Shown one piece after another: positions 20,157-31,511 of a stretch of 64,000 nucleotides of DNA; the first letter of the stretch is position 1; each line of letters starts with the position of its first letter. The notes under the pieces were generated by a model that ran no database searches, had not been told where the DNA came from, and worked only from the letters and a program-made list of their open reading frames with translations. Both the position numbers and the translations under genes were made by a program. Source of the DNA: Roseobacter sp. (GTDB taxonomy: Bacteria; Pseudomonadota; Alphaproteobacteria; Rhodobacterales; Rhodobacteraceae); the NCBI GenBank assembly GCA_045105195.1, contig JBGCDG010000040.1, positions 9,930-73,929 on the forward strand, given 5' to 3'.

Positions 20157-21779
20157 TTATAACGTCAAAAGCCCCGAATAGATATCGCGCAAATCGCGTT
20201 TCAACACTTTACCCGTCGCATTGCGCGGCAGTGCGTCCGTAAAGACGACCAGATCAGGAATCTGCCAGCGTGCAACCTTGCCGTCAAAAACGCTCAAGGC
20301 TTCAGCTTCGCTGACCTCTTGATCCGGCGCTTTAACAGCGACCAGCACAGGGCGTTCATCCCATTTCGGATGCGGCACGCCGATCACAGCTGCATCCGCG
20401 AGCGCGGGATGGGAAATGGCAATGCCCTCGAGCTCAACCGAGCTGATCCACTCTCCACCAGATTTAATGATATCCTTGGAGCGGTCCTTGATGGACAGAT
20501 ACCCTTCGGGGTCAATCGAGGCAACATCACCGGTGTCGAACCACCCGTTCTCCAGCGTATCTTCTACGCTGCTATGAAGATAGGAATCCAGAATATAATG
20601 CCCGCGCACGAGCAGCGCGCCCGTGGCAGTACCATCTTCGGGGAGCGCTTGACCCGCATCGTCGATGATCTTCATCTCGACCCCCCAAGGCGGGCGGCCC
20701 TGGTTTTCGCGCAGCCGGTGCTGTTCCGCTTTGGGCAGGTCAGCATGGCGTGCGAGCGGCTGGTTAACCGTCCCGACGGGCGACATTTCTGTCATACCCC
20801 ACGCGTGAACTGTCTCAATTTGATAGATTTCTCGAAACGTTTCCATCATGGAAGGCGGGCAGGCAGATCCGCCCACGATCGTACGTTCCAGCTTGTCGAG
20901 ACGACGACCTGAGCGCTGCAATGCATCCAGCAAACCCATCCAGATCGTCGGCACCCCAAGTGCTGTTGTGACACCATAGTCGTCCATCAGGTCCAACAGG
21001 GAATTCCCATCAAGCTTTGGTCCCGGGAGAACAAGCTGCGCCCCCACCATCGCGCAGCCATATGGGCTACCCCACGCGTTTACATGAAACATTGGAACCA
21101 CTGGCAGCACGATATCTCCTGCCGATAGCCCGCCCGCATCTTTCATGCACAACGCAAAGGTATGGAGCACCGTTGAGCGGTGACTGAACAGAACACCCTT
21201 GGGATTACCGGTTGTCCCGGAGGTGTAACACAGGCTGGAAGCTGTCAGCTCGTCGAATTCAGGCCAGATATAGTCTGTGGCCCCCTGGGAGAGCAGATCG
21301 TCATAGGCGACGATGCCTGGCACGGCTGCCGCGATATCCGCCGAGACTTCTGCTTCGAGCAAAACAATGTGCTTGAGGGACTTGAACTGATCCCGTTGTG
21401 CCGCAATCAGCGGGATAAACGTGCTATCAACGAACAGAACTTCGTCTTCGGCATGGTTCATGATGTAGACCAATTGCTCGGCAAAGAGCCTGGGGTTGAT
21501 CGTATGGCAGACAAACCCACCGCCCGACGTACCAAAGTAAATCTCCAAGTGGCGTCGGTTATTCCAGGCGATCGTGGCACAGCGTGCTTGCGGATCAAGA
21601 CCCAATCCGGCGAGTGCTGACGCCAACCGACGTGCATTGGTACCCACCTGAGCCCAAGTCGTCGTTTCTTTCCCACCGCCTGTATTTACTGAAACAATCT
21701 TGGTGTCCGCGTGATATTTTTCGGCATGCGCCACGAGCGACGATATCAGCAGCGGCTTTGTCATCATCTGACCCAGCAT
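20157..21779 (-). CDS. AMP-dependent acyl-CoA ligase, DmdB-like (candidate 3-methylmercaptopropionyl-CoA ligase / medium-chain fatty acid-CoA ligase)
   Basis: The N-terminus [15 protein letters not shown] is roseobacter DmdB-like, and the AMP-binding motif is [11 protein letters not shown]. The longest ORF starts at 21824. I prefer the ATG at 21779, which is preceded by an AAGGGGGGG purine run. Confidence 0.85.
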   Translation of the reverse strand: MLGQMMTKPLLISSLVAHAEKYHADTKIVSVNTGGGKETTTWAQVGTNARRLASALAGLGLDPQARCATIAWNNRRHLEIYFGTSGGGFVCHTINPRLFAEQLVYIMNHAEDEVLFVDSTFIPLIAAQRDQFKSLKHIVLLEAEVSADIAAAVPGIVAYDDLLSQGATDYIWPEFDELTASSLCYTSGTTGNPKGVLFSHRSTVLHTFALCMKDAGGLSAGDIVLPVVPMFHVNAWGSPYGCAMVGAQLVLPGPKLDGNSLLDLMDDYGVTTALGVPTIWMGLLDALQRSGRRLDKLERTIVGGSACPPSMMETFREIYQIETVHAWGMTEMSPVGTVNQPLARHADLPKAEQHRLRENQGRPPWGVEMKIIDDAGQALPEDGTATGALLVRGHYILDSYLHSSVEDTLENGWFDTGDVASIDPEGYLSIKDRSKDIIKSGGEWISSVELEGIAISHPALADAAVIGVPHPKWDERPVLVAVKAPDQEVSEAEALSVFDGKVARWQIPDLVVFTDALPRNATGKVLKRDLRDIYSGLLTL

Positions 21780-21882
21780 ATTCCCCCCCTTAATGCCCAA
21801 AGCGCATTCATGGTGAAACTGCATGGAACATCATCCGCTTGCAACACTTGGATTCGTCAATACTTCACGTTAAGGCGATCAT

Positions 21883-22365
21883 ATGACACTTGCCTATCAC
21901 ACTGCTCTTTCATCAAAAGAACAAACCGTCCTCGGGATTTCTCCGCCTGCGCCACTAGCAATGGCGGACCAAGTGCGGTTTGGCGAGCTGGACGTTCTAA
22001 ATCACGTCAACAATGCTGTTTACTTTCAGTGGTTTGAGAGGCTGCGCGTCCGTTACACGCAAATCTATGGCATGTCGCGATTTTCAGGCTCAGGCGTCGG
22101 GCCACGGATTGTCATTCGCAACGGCACCATCCACTACCTGCAGGAAATGCTACTGGATGAGGATTATGTCGTGACCTGCGGCTGCACTGCGTTCCGCAAC
22201 ACGTCCTTTACAATGCACCAGGAAATCTGGTCCGGCGGGACGCGACGCGCAACTTTCGTTTGCGTTCTGGTGCTCTTACAGCAGGACGGCAGTGGGCGTT
22301 TTCCGATCCCAGAGGATCTGCGGAAACGGTTTATCAACACCGACGGCGCTGTTTTCGAAGGCTAA
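21883..22365 (+). CDS. hotdog-fold acyl-CoA thioesterase (4HBT/YbgC-like)
   Basis: 160 aa with the motif VRFGELDVLNHVNNAVYFQWFE typical of the 4HBT family. It is divergent from the acyl-CoA ligase. Confidence 0.8.
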   Translation: MTLAYHTALSSKEQTVLGISPPAPLAMADQVRFGELDVLNHVNNAVYFQWFERLRVRYTQIYGMSRFSGSGVGPRIVIRNGTIHYLQEMLLDEDYVVTCGCTAFRNTSFTMHQEIWSGGTRRATFVCVLVLLQQDGSGRFPIPEDLRKRFINTDGAVFEG

Positions 22366-22376
22366 GTACCGTTGCC

Positions 22377-23969
22377 TCAGGTGCTGTTCTTCAACACAAA
22401 ATCAACGAGTTGCGCCGTGGAGCCATCCTTGCCATCGGTCGGCGTTGTGCCTTCGACGACAGGTTGCAGCGATGTTGCAAGTTCTTTGCCCAGTTCCACC
22501 CCCCACTGATCAAATGAATTGATCCCCAGGACGACGCCTTCCACAAACACGCGGTGTTCATAAAGCGCAATGATTTGACCCAGCGTGAAAGGATCCAGTT
22601 TCGGATAGATGAGCGTCGTCGACGGGCGGTTGCCGGCAAAGACCCGGTGCTGCGCCTGACGTTCAAGCTCTTCACCGCTGAACCCGGCTGCTGCCATTTT
22701 GGCGCGCGCTTCTTCCAGCGTCCGCCCGCGCATCAGCGCTTCGGACTGGGCCAAACAATTTGAGATCAGCAATTTTTGGTGATGTGCTAAATCCGGTTCG
22801 TGCCCGCGCGCCGCGACCATGAATTCACAGGGAACCACACGGGTGCCCTGATGCAGAAGCTGGTAAAAGGCGTGCTGGCCATTGGTACCCGCCGCCCCCC
22901 AGACAATTGGACCGCTGTCCACTTCGACGGGGGTGCCACCCATCTGCACACGTTTGCCGTTGGATTCCATTTCCAGCTGCTGAAAGTAGTCAGGTAAGCG
23001 CGCAAGCCGTTGATCATAAGGCAGAACCGCACGGCTGCTATATCCGCACACCTGCGCATGCCAGATCCCGACCATCGCCAGCACTGCGGGCATGTTTTCG
23101 TGCCAGGGTGCTGCCTGAAAGTGCCGGTCCATCGCCTGCCCGCCCCGCAAGAACGCATCAAACCCCTGCGGACCGATGGCGATCATTAAAGACAGTCCAA
23201 TCGGGCCCCACATAGAATAGCGCCCGCCGACCCAGTCCTCGAACCCGAAGACCCGCTCGCCCGGAATACCAAAGGCTGCGGTCTTGTCATCCGCCGTCGA
23301 CAAAGCCGCAAATTGTGCGCCCGGATCGCCGCCTTGATCGGTCATCCACGCCCGCGCAGTACGGGCATTTGTCATTGTTTCTATAGTCGTGAATGTTTTC
23401 GACGCTACGATCACCAGCGTCGTTTCGGCATTCAAACCGCGCAGGGTATCGGCGATATGCGCCCCATCCACATTTGAGACGAAATGGCAGCGCGGTCCAT
23501 CGTGATAGGGTGAGAGTGCTGCAACGGCCATTGCAGGTCCAAGATCAGAACCGCCGATGCCGATGTTGACCACATCCGTGATTCCACTGGCACGCACCTC
23601 GTCTGCGTAGCTGCGCATCCGCTGAAGCGTCGCCAGAACACCGGGCATCACGTCTTGGCCCTCGACGACTACCGGGCCGCCGTCGAGATTGCGCAGTGCA
23701 GTATGTAAAACAGCGCGTCCTTCGGTGTCATTGATCGCAGCGCCTGAGAACATCGCGTCCCGTTTTGCGGCAACACCAGCTGCATCAAGGAGCGCCAGAA
23801 GTGCCGAGCGCGTCGTATCGTCGATGTTGGTTTTGGCGTAATCGAACACCATGTCACCCGTCTGTGCGCTGAAATCACCAGCCCGTCCGGGGGTATCAAA
23901 CAGCGACAGGATCGACCGGTCGTCGATATCTGTGCGCAAGCGGTCCAACGCTTGCCAATGCGACATCAT
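22377..23969 (-). CDS. pgi: glucose-6-phosphate isomerase
   Basis: PGI signatures are present ([10 protein letters not shown], [13 protein letters not shown]). The start is taken at the ATGATG overlapping the pgl stop; the longest ORF extends to 24050 inside pgl. Confidence 0.95.
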   Translation of the reverse strand: MMSHWQALDRLRTDIDDRSILSLFDTPGRAGDFSAQTGDMVFDYAKTNIDDTTRSALLALLDAAGVAAKRDAMFSGAAINDTEGRAVLHTALRNLDGGPVVVEGQDVMPGVLATLQRMRSYADEVRASGITDVVNIGIGGSDLGPAMAVAALSPYHDGPRCHFVSNVDGAHIADTLRGLNAETTLVIVASKTFTTIETMTNARTARAWMTDQGGDPGAQFAALSTADDKTAAFGIPGERVFGFEDWVGGRYSMWGPIGLSLMIAIGPQGFDAFLRGGQAMDRHFQAAPWHENMPAVLAMVGIWHAQVCGYSSRAVLPYDQRLARLPDYFQQLEMESNGKRVQMGGTPVEVDSGPIVWGAAGTNGQHAFYQLLHQGTRVVPCEFMVAARGHEPDLAHHQKLLISNCLAQSEALMRGRTLEEARAKMAAAGFSGEELERQAQHRVFAGNRPSTTLIYPKLDPFTLGQIIALYEHRVFVEGVVLGINSFDQWGVELGKELATSLQPVVEGTTPTDGKDGSTAQLVDFVLKNST

Positions 23970-24655
23970 GGTGCCCAATGAACTGTTCCTCCATCCATAA
24001 CCGCAGCGATGGGTGCGTCCTGCGCAGGCAGGTTTCTCGCGTCTTGCCACGCCCGGCGTTTGTCATCCCCAAAGATGATCGCGTGTTTTTCCTGAGCGCC
24101 GCTTAAAATGGGCGCGGAGAGCGTGATCCGCGTATCGGGTTGGCTTTCAGCGCGGATCGCGCAAATTGCCGGAGCATCCGGGGAAAGCGCCTGATGCAGG
24201 CCATCTGCACCCGGAAACAGTGAGGCTGTGTGCATATCCGCCCCCATACCCAGCACCAACAGCGACAGTGGAAAACAGGATGCAAGCTCTGTGGAAAGCT
24301 GCGGCGCGGCGTCCTCAGCGCTCTGCCCTGCCCGGAAAAACGGTAAGAACTGCGCCTGCGCGGCGGGTCCTTGCAGCAAGCGCGTGCGGATCAATCCCGC
24401 GTTCGAGCGCGCGTGATCATCAGGCACCCAGCGTTCGTCCGTCAGCATAATTGTCACGCGGCTCCACGCCAGATCAGACGCGGCCAGCGCATCAAAGATG
24501 GGCCCCGGCGTGGTGCCGCCCGGCACGGCCAGGCTCACCCGCTCGTGTTCCAGCAATTGCGTTTTCAAAGCGACTGCCACTTGGCCTGCGAGCGCACGCG
24601 CAGCGGTGTCGCGATCCGCGTATTCTACAAAGTCCACCATCACAGTTTCTGCCAT
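23966..24655 (-). CDS. pgl: 6-phosphogluconolactonase
   Basis: 229 aa with the [10 protein letters not shown] and [14 protein letters not shown] motifs. It sits in a zwf-pgl-pgi operon arrangement. An alternative start lies at 24640. Confidence 0.9.
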   Translation of the reverse strand: MAETVMVDFVEYADRDTAARALAGQVAVALKTQLLEHERVSLAVPGGTTPGPIFDALAASDLAWSRVTIMLTDERWVPDDHARSNAGLIRTRLLQGPAAQAQFLPFFRAGQSAEDAAPQLSTELASCFPLSLLVLGMGADMHTASLFPGADGLHQALSPDAPAICAIRAESQPDTRITLSAPILSGAQEKHAIIFGDDKRRAWQDARNLPAQDAPIAAVMDGGTVHWAP

Positions 24656-26103
24656 TCCCGTTCGTCACGTCGCATCAATTGATCCGCGGCGCCAGGGCCA
24701 GCGCTGAAGTTATCGTAGGGTTTGGGCACGTCTCCCCGATCCTGCCAACCGGTGATGATCGGATCCGTCCAGGCCCAGGCCGCCTCCACTTCGTCACCGC
24801 GCATAAAGAGCGTCTGATTGCCCCGGATCACGTCCATGATCAGCCGTTCATAGGCATCCACAGACTCGCTGGTATCTGGCCCAAGTGCGTCGGCAAACGT
24901 CATATCCAGCGGCACATCGATCAGGCGCATACCACCGGGTCCGGGCTCTTTGATGGTAACGCCCAGTGTGATGCCTTCATTCGGCTGCAACCGAATGGAC
25001 AGCACGTTCCGGTGCCGCCCCGCGTCCTCAGCAAAAATGGAATGTGGCGTATCTTTGAACACAACAGTAATCTCGCTCGAGCGCTGGCTGAGCCGTTTGC
25101 CCGTGCGCAGATAAAACGGCGTGCCAGCCCATCGCCAGTTGGCAATATGGGTCTTTAAAGCAACAAAACTCTCCGTCTTGGATCTCGCGTTACCGGCGGC
25201 GGTTCTGTAATCCGGCCAGTTCTCAGGGTCGTCTGGGTCTGCATCGTACTGGCCCCGCACGATGTGATGCGGCTCCACAGGATCAAGCGCCCGGATCACC
25301 TTCAACTTCTCGTCCCGCACCGCGTCGGGATCAAATCGCGCAGGAGGCTCCATCGCAATCAGGCATAACAATTGCATCAAGTGGTTTTGCACCATATCGC
25401 GCATCGCGCCGGATTTGTCGTAGTACTCGCCCCGACCGCCAACGCCCACTGTTTCCGCCACAGTGATCTGGATATGGTCAACAAACTGACTGTTCCATAG
25501 CGGCTCAAAGAGCATGTTTCCGAACCGTACAGCCATCAGGTTCTGTACAGTTTCTTTGCCCAGGTAGTGATCAATCCGGTAGATCTGCCCCTCATCGAAG
25601 TAGCGTGCGAGCGTCGCATTCAGCGCACGGGCTGTCACCAAATCGCGTCCGAAAGGTTTTTCTACAACGATCCGAGCGTTGCGATCCGCCAGCCCATGGC
25701 TTTGCAACCGTTCTGCAAGCGGGCCGAAAAGAGATGGCGCTACGGAGAAGTAATATGCTTCGATCCGATCGATAGATGTCACTTTTTCGGCCAGTTCAGC
25801 CCAGCCTCGATCGCCCATCGCATCGATGGTCACATAGGAGATACCAGTTAGAAAACTGTCGAGGGTACCGTCGCCGCAAGCATCGCCGGGGCTAAATTCC
25901 TCAATCGCTGCTCGCACGAGGGTACGGTACGCATCGTCGTCCATATCCGATCGCGCAGCACCAATTACACGGGCGTTTTTAGGCATCTGACCTGCGCAGT
26001 AGCGCCGAAACAAGCCGGGCAGAATTTTGCGGCGGGCAAGATCACCGGTTCCGCCAAAAATGACCAGGTCAAATGGGTCAACGGGGATGACACGTGAAAC
26101 CAT
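24640..26103 (-). CDS. zwf: glucose-6-phosphate 1-dehydrogenase
   Basis: Motifs GGTGDLARRK and RIDHYLGKE are present. The ATG at 26103 is preceded by AAGGAG at 6 nt; the longest ORF starts at 26124. Confidence 0.95.
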   Translation of the reverse strand: MVSRVIPVDPFDLVIFGGTGDLARRKILPGLFRRYCAGQMPKNARVIGAARSDMDDDAYRTLVRAAIEEFSPGDACGDGTLDSFLTGISYVTIDAMGDRGWAELAEKVTSIDRIEAYYFSVAPSLFGPLAERLQSHGLADRNARIVVEKPFGRDLVTARALNATLARYFDEGQIYRIDHYLGKETVQNLMAVRFGNMLFEPLWNSQFVDHIQITVAETVGVGGRGEYYDKSGAMRDMVQNHLMQLLCLIAMEPPARFDPDAVRDEKLKVIRALDPVEPHHIVRGQYDADPDDPENWPDYRTAAGNARSKTESFVALKTHIANWRWAGTPFYLRTGKRLSQRSSEITVVFKDTPHSIFAEDAGRHRNVLSIRLQPNEGITLGVTIKEPGPGGMRLIDVPLDMTFADALGPDTSESVDAYERLIMDVIRGNQTLFMRGDEVEAAWAWTDPIITGWQDRGDVPKPYDNFSAGPGAADQLMRRDEREWQKL

Positions 26104-26275
26104 GTCAGACTCCTTGATTGTCACGCCAAGAATCGGGCGCGCGGATGACTGTTAGCGCAAACATGCAGTCCTGGTAAAGCGTTCACAACAGTGTGCACGC
26201 AAAATTGCGGCGTTTCCTTGCCTTCTGGCGCAGTCTGACCCAAATACTGTGCCGACAGCAAGGAGCCGGACCTTA

Positions 26276-27223
26276 ATGCGAGATCAAATTGACGCCAACA
26301 TCGGGAAATTCCAGTCCCCCGAGGTAACGGCCAACGGGGAGCCCAGAGCAAGTGTCGCCCTGAACAATCCCAAGACACTTTGGTTTAATACCGGGACATT
26401 GTGCAACATCGAATGCATCAACTGCTACATCGAAAGCAGCCCGACGAATGATGCGCTGGTGTACATAACGTCTCAGGAGGTTTCCGATTACCTGGACCAA
26501 TTGGAAGACCGGCAGTGGCACGTTGATGAAATTGCGTTCACGGGCGGCGAACCCTTCATGAATCCTCAGATGATCGAAATGGCCGAAGCCGCTTTGGACC
26601 GTGGGTATGAAGTGTTGATCCTGACCAACGCCATGCGCCCGATGATGCGCACAAAAATGCAGAACGGGCTCGTCGATCTCCACAGACGCTTTCCAGGCAA
26701 ATTGACCTTGCGCATTTCCCTCGATCACTTCAGCCCCGGACTGCATGACACAGAGCGCGGCAGTGGCGCTTTTGCCAAAACGCTTGCCGGCATGGAATGG
26801 CTGCGTGACGCCGGGATCCGCATGGCGGTTGCAGGTCGCTCGGTGATGGCAGACAGCGATGCGCAAAGCCGCGCGGGATATGCTGAATTCTACGCGCGGC
26901 ACAATTTTGATATCGACGCGCAGGACCCGTCTATGACGGTTCTTTTCCCCGAAATGGATATCACGGTTGAAGTGCCCGAAATTACCACTTCATGTTGGGA
27001 CATTCTCGGCAAATCGCCCGATGCATTAATGTGTGCGTCATCGCGCATGGTGATCAAACGCAAGGGCGCTGAACGTCCTGCAGTGCTGGCCTGTACGCTG
27101 CTGCCTTATGCGCCTGAATTCGAACTCGGGCACAGCTTGAAAGACGCGGAGGGCGATGTAGCTTTAAACCATCCGCATTGCGCAAAGTTCTGCGTCCTTG
27201 GAGGCGCGAGTTGTTCTGGCTGA
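26276..27223 (+). CDS. radical SAM protein of unknown function
   Basis: A CNIECINC (CX3CX2C) cluster lies near the N-terminus, with FTGGEPF and a Cys-rich C-terminus. The ATG at 26276 follows AAGGAG; the longest ORF begins at GTG 26249. Confidence 0.8.
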   Translation: MRDQIDANIGKFQSPEVTANGEPRASVALNNPKTLWFNTGTLCNIECINCYIESSPTNDALVYITSQEVSDYLDQLEDRQWHVDEIAFTGGEPFMNPQMIEMAEAALDRGYEVLILTNAMRPMMRTKMQNGLVDLHRRFPGKLTLRISLDHFSPGLHDTERGSGAFAKTLAGMEWLRDAGIRMAVAGRSVMADSDAQSRAGYAEFYARHNFDIDAQDPSMTVLFPEMDITVEVPEITTSCWDILGKSPDALMCASSRMVIKRKGAERPAVLACTLLPYAPEFELGHSLKDAEGDVALNHPHCAKFCVLGGASCSG

Positions 27224-27234
27224 CAGCGAGACGT

Positions 27235-27504
27235 CTAATGCAAAGTAAATTCCCCCGTCACATTGCGCCATTCTCCCGGGCTAATCATTTTGCGATGATT
27301 AAAGCGCACAGAATGCAGTGGGCCATCCAGTTCTGACTGCCAGAATTCTATAAACTTAAAGAGTTTTGGATGATCTGGTGCAAGATCATAGTCCTGCCAC
27401 ACATAGGTATTCAGCACATGTTGATAGTCAGGCATGTGATAGAAAAATTCGGCTGTGGTCAGCCCATACCCATTTAGCATCATTTCTGTTTCAGACTGGG
27501 GCAT
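27235..27504 (-). CDS. Usg-family protein
   Basis: The pattern GYGLTTAEFFYHMPD...YVWQDYDLAP..P.L..F..FW...LDGPLHSV is typical of alphaproteobacterial Usg. The ATG at 27504 has an AGAGGTGA SD; the longest ORF extends to 27570. Confidence 0.75.
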   Translation of the reverse strand: MPQSETEMMLNGYGLTTAEFFYHMPDYQHVLNTYVWQDYDLAPDHPKLFKFIEFWQSELDGPLHSVRFNHRKMISPGEWRNVTGEFTLH

Positions 27505-27694
27505 TTTCACCTCTTTGCTGCTGTCATAACGACAGAATGACACATGGAAATTACTTTTCAATGAAAACAATGTGTTATCACTCTTCCCTTGCGGCTGCCA
27601 AGGTCGGTTGAACTCAAGGATTGCACCTTATGTGTCCTGTCTGATAGGGTTGTGCCACAAGATATAGACCCTGCGGGAAAAATGGGCAGATGAC

Positions 27695-30457
27695 GTGAGC
27701 GACACACCACAACCACCTGAAAATGATGATGAAATGATGCCAGAACGGCCCGCATACGATGGGCCGAGCGTCAGCATTGAGCATGAAATGCGCACGTCCT
27801 ACCTGGACTACGCGATGTCCGTTATCGTCAGCCGTGCCATTCCAGATCTGCGCGACGGGTTGAAACCGGTACACCGCCGTATTCTTTTCGCCATGCACGA
27901 GACCGGTAATACGCACGACAAGTCATATCGCAAATCCGCCCGCCCCGTTGGTGATGTGATGGGTCAGTATCACCCGCATGGTGACAGCGCGATTTACGAT
28001 GCGTTGGTGCGTATGGCGCAGGACTTTTCTATGTCCCTGCCTTTGCTCGATGGTCAGGGCAACTTTGGCTCGATGGACGGCGATAACCCGGCGGCCATGC
28101 GCTACACCGAAGTACGCATGGATAAACCTGCAGCTTTCTTGCTTGCGGATATTGATAAAGACACAGTCGATTTTCAGGACAACTACGATGGCAAGCAGAA
28201 AGAGCCCACAGTGCTCCCTGCCCGCTTTCCGAATATGCTGGTCAATGGCGCGGGTGGCATTGCGGTCGGTATGGCGACCAACATCCCACCACACAACCTA
28301 GGCGAAGTAATCGATGCGACACTTGCCCTTATCCAAGAGCCCGACCTGACTTCAGAGCAGCTGATCGAATATGTACCCGGACCGGATTTTCCCACGGGCG
28401 GGATCATGTTGGGGCGCACCGGGGCGCGCAAAGCCTACTTAGAAGGACGTGGTTCCGTTATCGTGCGGGCCAAAACGCGGGTCGAAGAGATCCGCCGTGA
28501 CCGTTGGGCGATTGTCGTTGATGAGATCCCTTATCAAGTCAACAAGGCTTCGATGATCGAAAAGATCGCCGAACAGGTGCGCGAAAAGAAGATCGAAGGG
28601 GTGGCGCACGTTCAGGACGAATCTGATCGCAACGGAGTACGCGTTGTCGTCGAATTGAAGCGGGATGCCACAGCTGAGGTTGTGATGAACCAACTCTTTA
28701 GGTTCACGCCCATGCAAACTTACTTTGGCTGCAATATGCTCGCCCTGAATGGCGGGCGGCCGGAGCAGCTGACGCTTCGTAAATTCCTCACTTATTTCAT
28801 AGACTTCCGCGAAGAGGTTGTTGCAAGACGCACTGCTTATCTGTTGCGCAAGGCACGGGAACGCAGTCATGTGCTGTGTGGTTTGGCTGTCGCCGTCACA
28901 AATATAGACGAAGTCGTAGCGACGATCAGGTCCTCGGCCGATGCTGCCGAAGCGCGCAGCAAACTTATGACGCGTCGTTGGCCTGCGCAGGACATCCTGC
29001 CCTATATCGCGCTGATCGATGACCCGACACATACGGCGAATGACGATGGCACCTATAATCTGTCAGAAACACAGGCCCGTGCCATCCTTGATTTGCGGTT
29101 GCAACGCCTCACTCAAATCGGCGTTAAGGAAGTTACGGATGAACTTGAAGAATTAGCAGGTAAGATCAAGGAATATCTGGAAATTCTAGGCTCCCGTGAT
29201 CGCATCATGGGCATTATCGGGGATGAACTGCGCGAAGTGCGCGATCTCTTTGCCGTGCCGCGTCGTACCGAGATCGTCGACTGGTCCGGCGACATGGAAG
29301 ACGAAGACCTCATCGCGCGTGAAGACATGGTCGTGACGGTTACGTCGGGCGGCTATATCAAGCGTACGCCACTTGCCGATTTCCGCAGCCAAAAGCGTGG
29401 TGGCAAAGGCGTGTCCGGCATGCAGACCAAAGAAGAGGACGTTATTACCACCCTCTTCGTGGCCAACACGCATACACAGCTGTTGTTCTTTACCACCGAC
29501 GGGATGGCCTACAAGCTCAAGACCTGGCGGCTGCCACAAGGGGGACGGACAGCCAAAGGCAAGGCCATTGTCAACATCCTGCCGATTCCGCCTGGGGTCT
29601 CTATCGCCGCCATATTACCAATTGACCGCGACGAGGAGGATTGGTCCGAATTGCAGATCGTCTTTGCGACATCAGCGGGAACCGTGCGCCGCAACGCGCT
29701 GAGTGATTTCACCAATGTGAAGTCCAATGGCAAAATCGCGATGAAGTTCGAAGACGAGCATGCAAACACAACACTGATCAATGCCCGTATCGCATCGCCT
29801 GACGATGACGTTATGCTGGTCACGGCCTCGGGGCGGGCGATCCGTTTCCCGTCTGAAGATGTGCGCGTGTTCAACTCACGCTCGTCGGTAGGTGTACGGG
29901 GTGTAAAGCTCTCCGGTGCGGACAAAGTTGTTTCAATGTCCGTCATTCGCCACTTTGAGGCAAAACCAGATGAGCGGGCGGCTTATCTGAAACAACGCCG
30001 CCTCATGGCAGGGGTTACAGAAGACCCAGAGACCGATGAAGAAGAAGCAACGCCCGGTAATCTGTCACCCGACAGATATGCGGAAATGTCAGCGTCTGAA
30101 AATCTGATCCTCACGATCACGGCAGGCGGATCCGGCAAGCTCTCCTCAAGCCACGACTACCCGGTACGCGGGCGCGGAGGCATGGGCGTGACAGCCTGGG
30201 AGAAACGAATGCAGACCGGACCGATCATCGCCTCCTTTCCGGTCGAGATGGAAGACCAGATCATGCTGGCTACCAGCAAGGGGCAATCCATACGTGTTCC
30301 TGTTGAGGGAATTTCTTTCCGTTCCCGTTCGGCCGGGGGTGTCCGCGTGTTCAACACCGCAAAAGGCGAAGAGGTCGTCAGCGTCGCTTGGATCGCAGAT
30401 CAAGGTGAGGGAGCCGAAGTAGATGATGGCGACGGAGAAGCACCCGCAGAGGCGTAA
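27695..30457 (+). CDS. gyrA: DNA gyrase subunit A
   Basis: 920 aa with a GTG start. The active-site Tyr region (AAMRYTE) and the QRDR ([17 protein letters not shown]) are present, followed by a C-terminal beta-pinwheel and an acidic tail. Confidence 0.97.
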   Translation: MSDTPQPPENDDEMMPERPAYDGPSVSIEHEMRTSYLDYAMSVIVSRAIPDLRDGLKPVHRRILFAMHETGNTHDKSYRKSARPVGDVMGQYHPHGDSAIYDALVRMAQDFSMSLPLLDGQGNFGSMDGDNPAAMRYTEVRMDKPAAFLLADIDKDTVDFQDNYDGKQKEPTVLPARFPNMLVNGAGGIAVGMATNIPPHNLGEVIDATLALIQEPDLTSEQLIEYVPGPDFPTGGIMLGRTGARKAYLEGRGSVIVRAKTRVEEIRRDRWAIVVDEIPYQVNKASMIEKIAEQVREKKIEGVAHVQDESDRNGVRVVVELKRDATAEVVMNQLFRFTPMQTYFGCNMLALNGGRPEQLTLRKFLTYFIDFREEVVARRTAYLLRKARERSHVLCGLAVAVTNIDEVVATIRSSADAAEARSKLMTRRWPAQDILPYIALIDDPTHTANDDGTYNLSETQARAILDLRLQRLTQIGVKEVTDELEELAGKIKEYLEILGSRDRIMGIIGDELREVRDLFAVPRRTEIVDWSGDMEDEDLIAREDMVVTVTSGGYIKRTPLADFRSQKRGGKGVSGMQTKEEDVITTLFVANTHTQLLFFTTDGMAYKLKTWRLPQGGRTAKGKAIVNILPIPPGVSIAAILPIDRDEEDWSELQIVFATSAGTVRRNALSDFTNVKSNGKIAMKFEDEHANTTLINARIASPDDDVMLVTASGRAIRFPSEDVRVFNSRSSVGVRGVKLSGADKVVSMSVIRHFEAKPDERAAYLKQRRLMAGVTEDPETDEEEATPGNLSPDRYAEMSASENLILTITAGGSGKLSSSHDYPVRGRGGMGVTAWEKRMQTGPIIASFPVEMEDQIMLATSKGQSIRVPVEGISFRSRSAGGVRVFNTAKGEEVVSVAWIADQGEGAEVDDGDGEAPAEA

Positions 30458-30833
30458 ACCAGCTGTTGAAGCGATGCCTTCTTGGGGCGAACGGTTTAAC
30501 GACTATTACGCTTTTCAAACCAAAGCGGCCTGCGCGCACGCAATCGAAAAACTTTCAGTTTTTGGCTTTTTTAACTGTGTGATGATGGCCTCTGGACAGC
30601 AGTTAAATCGTAGTAACAGGCGTGCGGGCGAGACTGGTAACGCGTGCTTGTTTCACGCATAACACCCGCTATCAAACATATTTTGACCGTCTATTTTTGA
30701 CTTTAAATTAAAGAGTTAAAACGCATTATTGCAGCACGAGATTAAGTTTAGCCCGACGAAACGTAAGCCCATGAAGTAATCGCAATTCCAATTTGCTTCA
30801 GCTTGACCACGCCAAACGTTGATTGGTGACGAG

Positions 30834-31058
30834 ATGTCCAGCCAAGTTCAGAATGGACGTTTTGTGGCGGATATAGCCAGCAGTTTTATGTCAAAAAAAA
30901 TGTTACAGGTTGTCGGCACAGAAGACACCATAACCATCGCATTTGGCCCACCCTTTTTGGACGAATACGGGGTCTTTTTGCCCATCGATGTTCGTGAGAA
31001 CAGTGCGCAAGGTACGCGACGCCGTGGCTTTGAACCACGCCACGCTCCGAGTTCTTAA
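30834..31058 (+). CDS. doubtful small ORF (74 aa), no recognisable family
   Basis: It is the only sizeable ORF in a 650-nt gap. The middle part looks protein-like (VVGTEDTITIAFGPPFLDEYGVFLPIDV). The SD is weak and the track ORF begins at TTG 30819. Confidence 0.25.
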   Translation: MSSQVQNGRFVADIASSFMSKKMLQVVGTEDTITIAFGPPFLDEYGVFLPIDVRENSAQGTRRRGFEPRHAPSS

Positions 31059-31114
31059 CGTCGTTTCAAGGATTAGCGGGCATACTGTGTGCACACGATC
31101 CGAAAGGCACGCGC

Positions 31115-31465
31115 ATGAATCTCTATTGTTGCATGATCACGTTGAAGGACGACGCCAAAGCCCTGCTTTTTGCCAAGGCATTGGATGACTGGATGGGGCA
31201 TCTCAAGTCAATGGGTGTCATCCTTGAATGGCGATTGATGCGTCGAAAGCTCAACCTAGCTGCCGACTGCTACCGCGATTTCTTACTGGAGATCGAGGTT
31301 GATGGGCTTTCACAGCTAGAGGATGCTTTCCGCTTGACTGGGGCCCATGACGATTATGTCGCCCAGATGCACCGCGCAGTACACGATTTGATCGATCAAG
31401 CCGAATTCGCACTGTATCGCCCCTATCCTGACATGGAACGGGCAGAGCGCATGGCGCTGCTATAA
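31115..31465 (+). CDS. conserved hypothetical protein (small alphaproteobacterial family, possibly DUF6614-like)
   Basis: 116 aa with clean ORF boundaries and plausible globular composition. The family name is from memory only. Confidence 0.55.
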   Translation: MNLYCCMITLKDDAKALLFAKALDDWMGHLKSMGVILEWRLMRRKLNLAADCYRDFLLEIEVDGLSQLEDAFRLTGAHDDYVAQMHRAVHDLIDQAEFALYRPYPDMERAERMALL

Positions 31466-31511
31466 ACGCGTAGGCCAGTTATGACACCAGAGCGAGTACT
31501 ACGCTAGCGCG

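Noticed and set aside
21780-21824. Homopolymer (C7 on the plus strand, G7 on the minus strand) near the 5' end of the acyl-CoA ligase ORF as a possible frameshift or phase-variation tract.
   Set aside because: The run lies upstream of the preferred ATG (21779) and reads as an AAGGGGGGG ribosome-binding purine tract. The 15-codon N-terminal extension of the longest ORF is not needed for a DmdB-like N-terminus.
19865-22400. Genomic island or integrated element at the tRNA-Gly gene.
   Set aside because: There is no integrase, no recognisable direct repeat of the tRNA 3' end, and the flanking genes are ordinary metabolic genes. Only the TTTGCAAA array is unusual, and it is reported separately.
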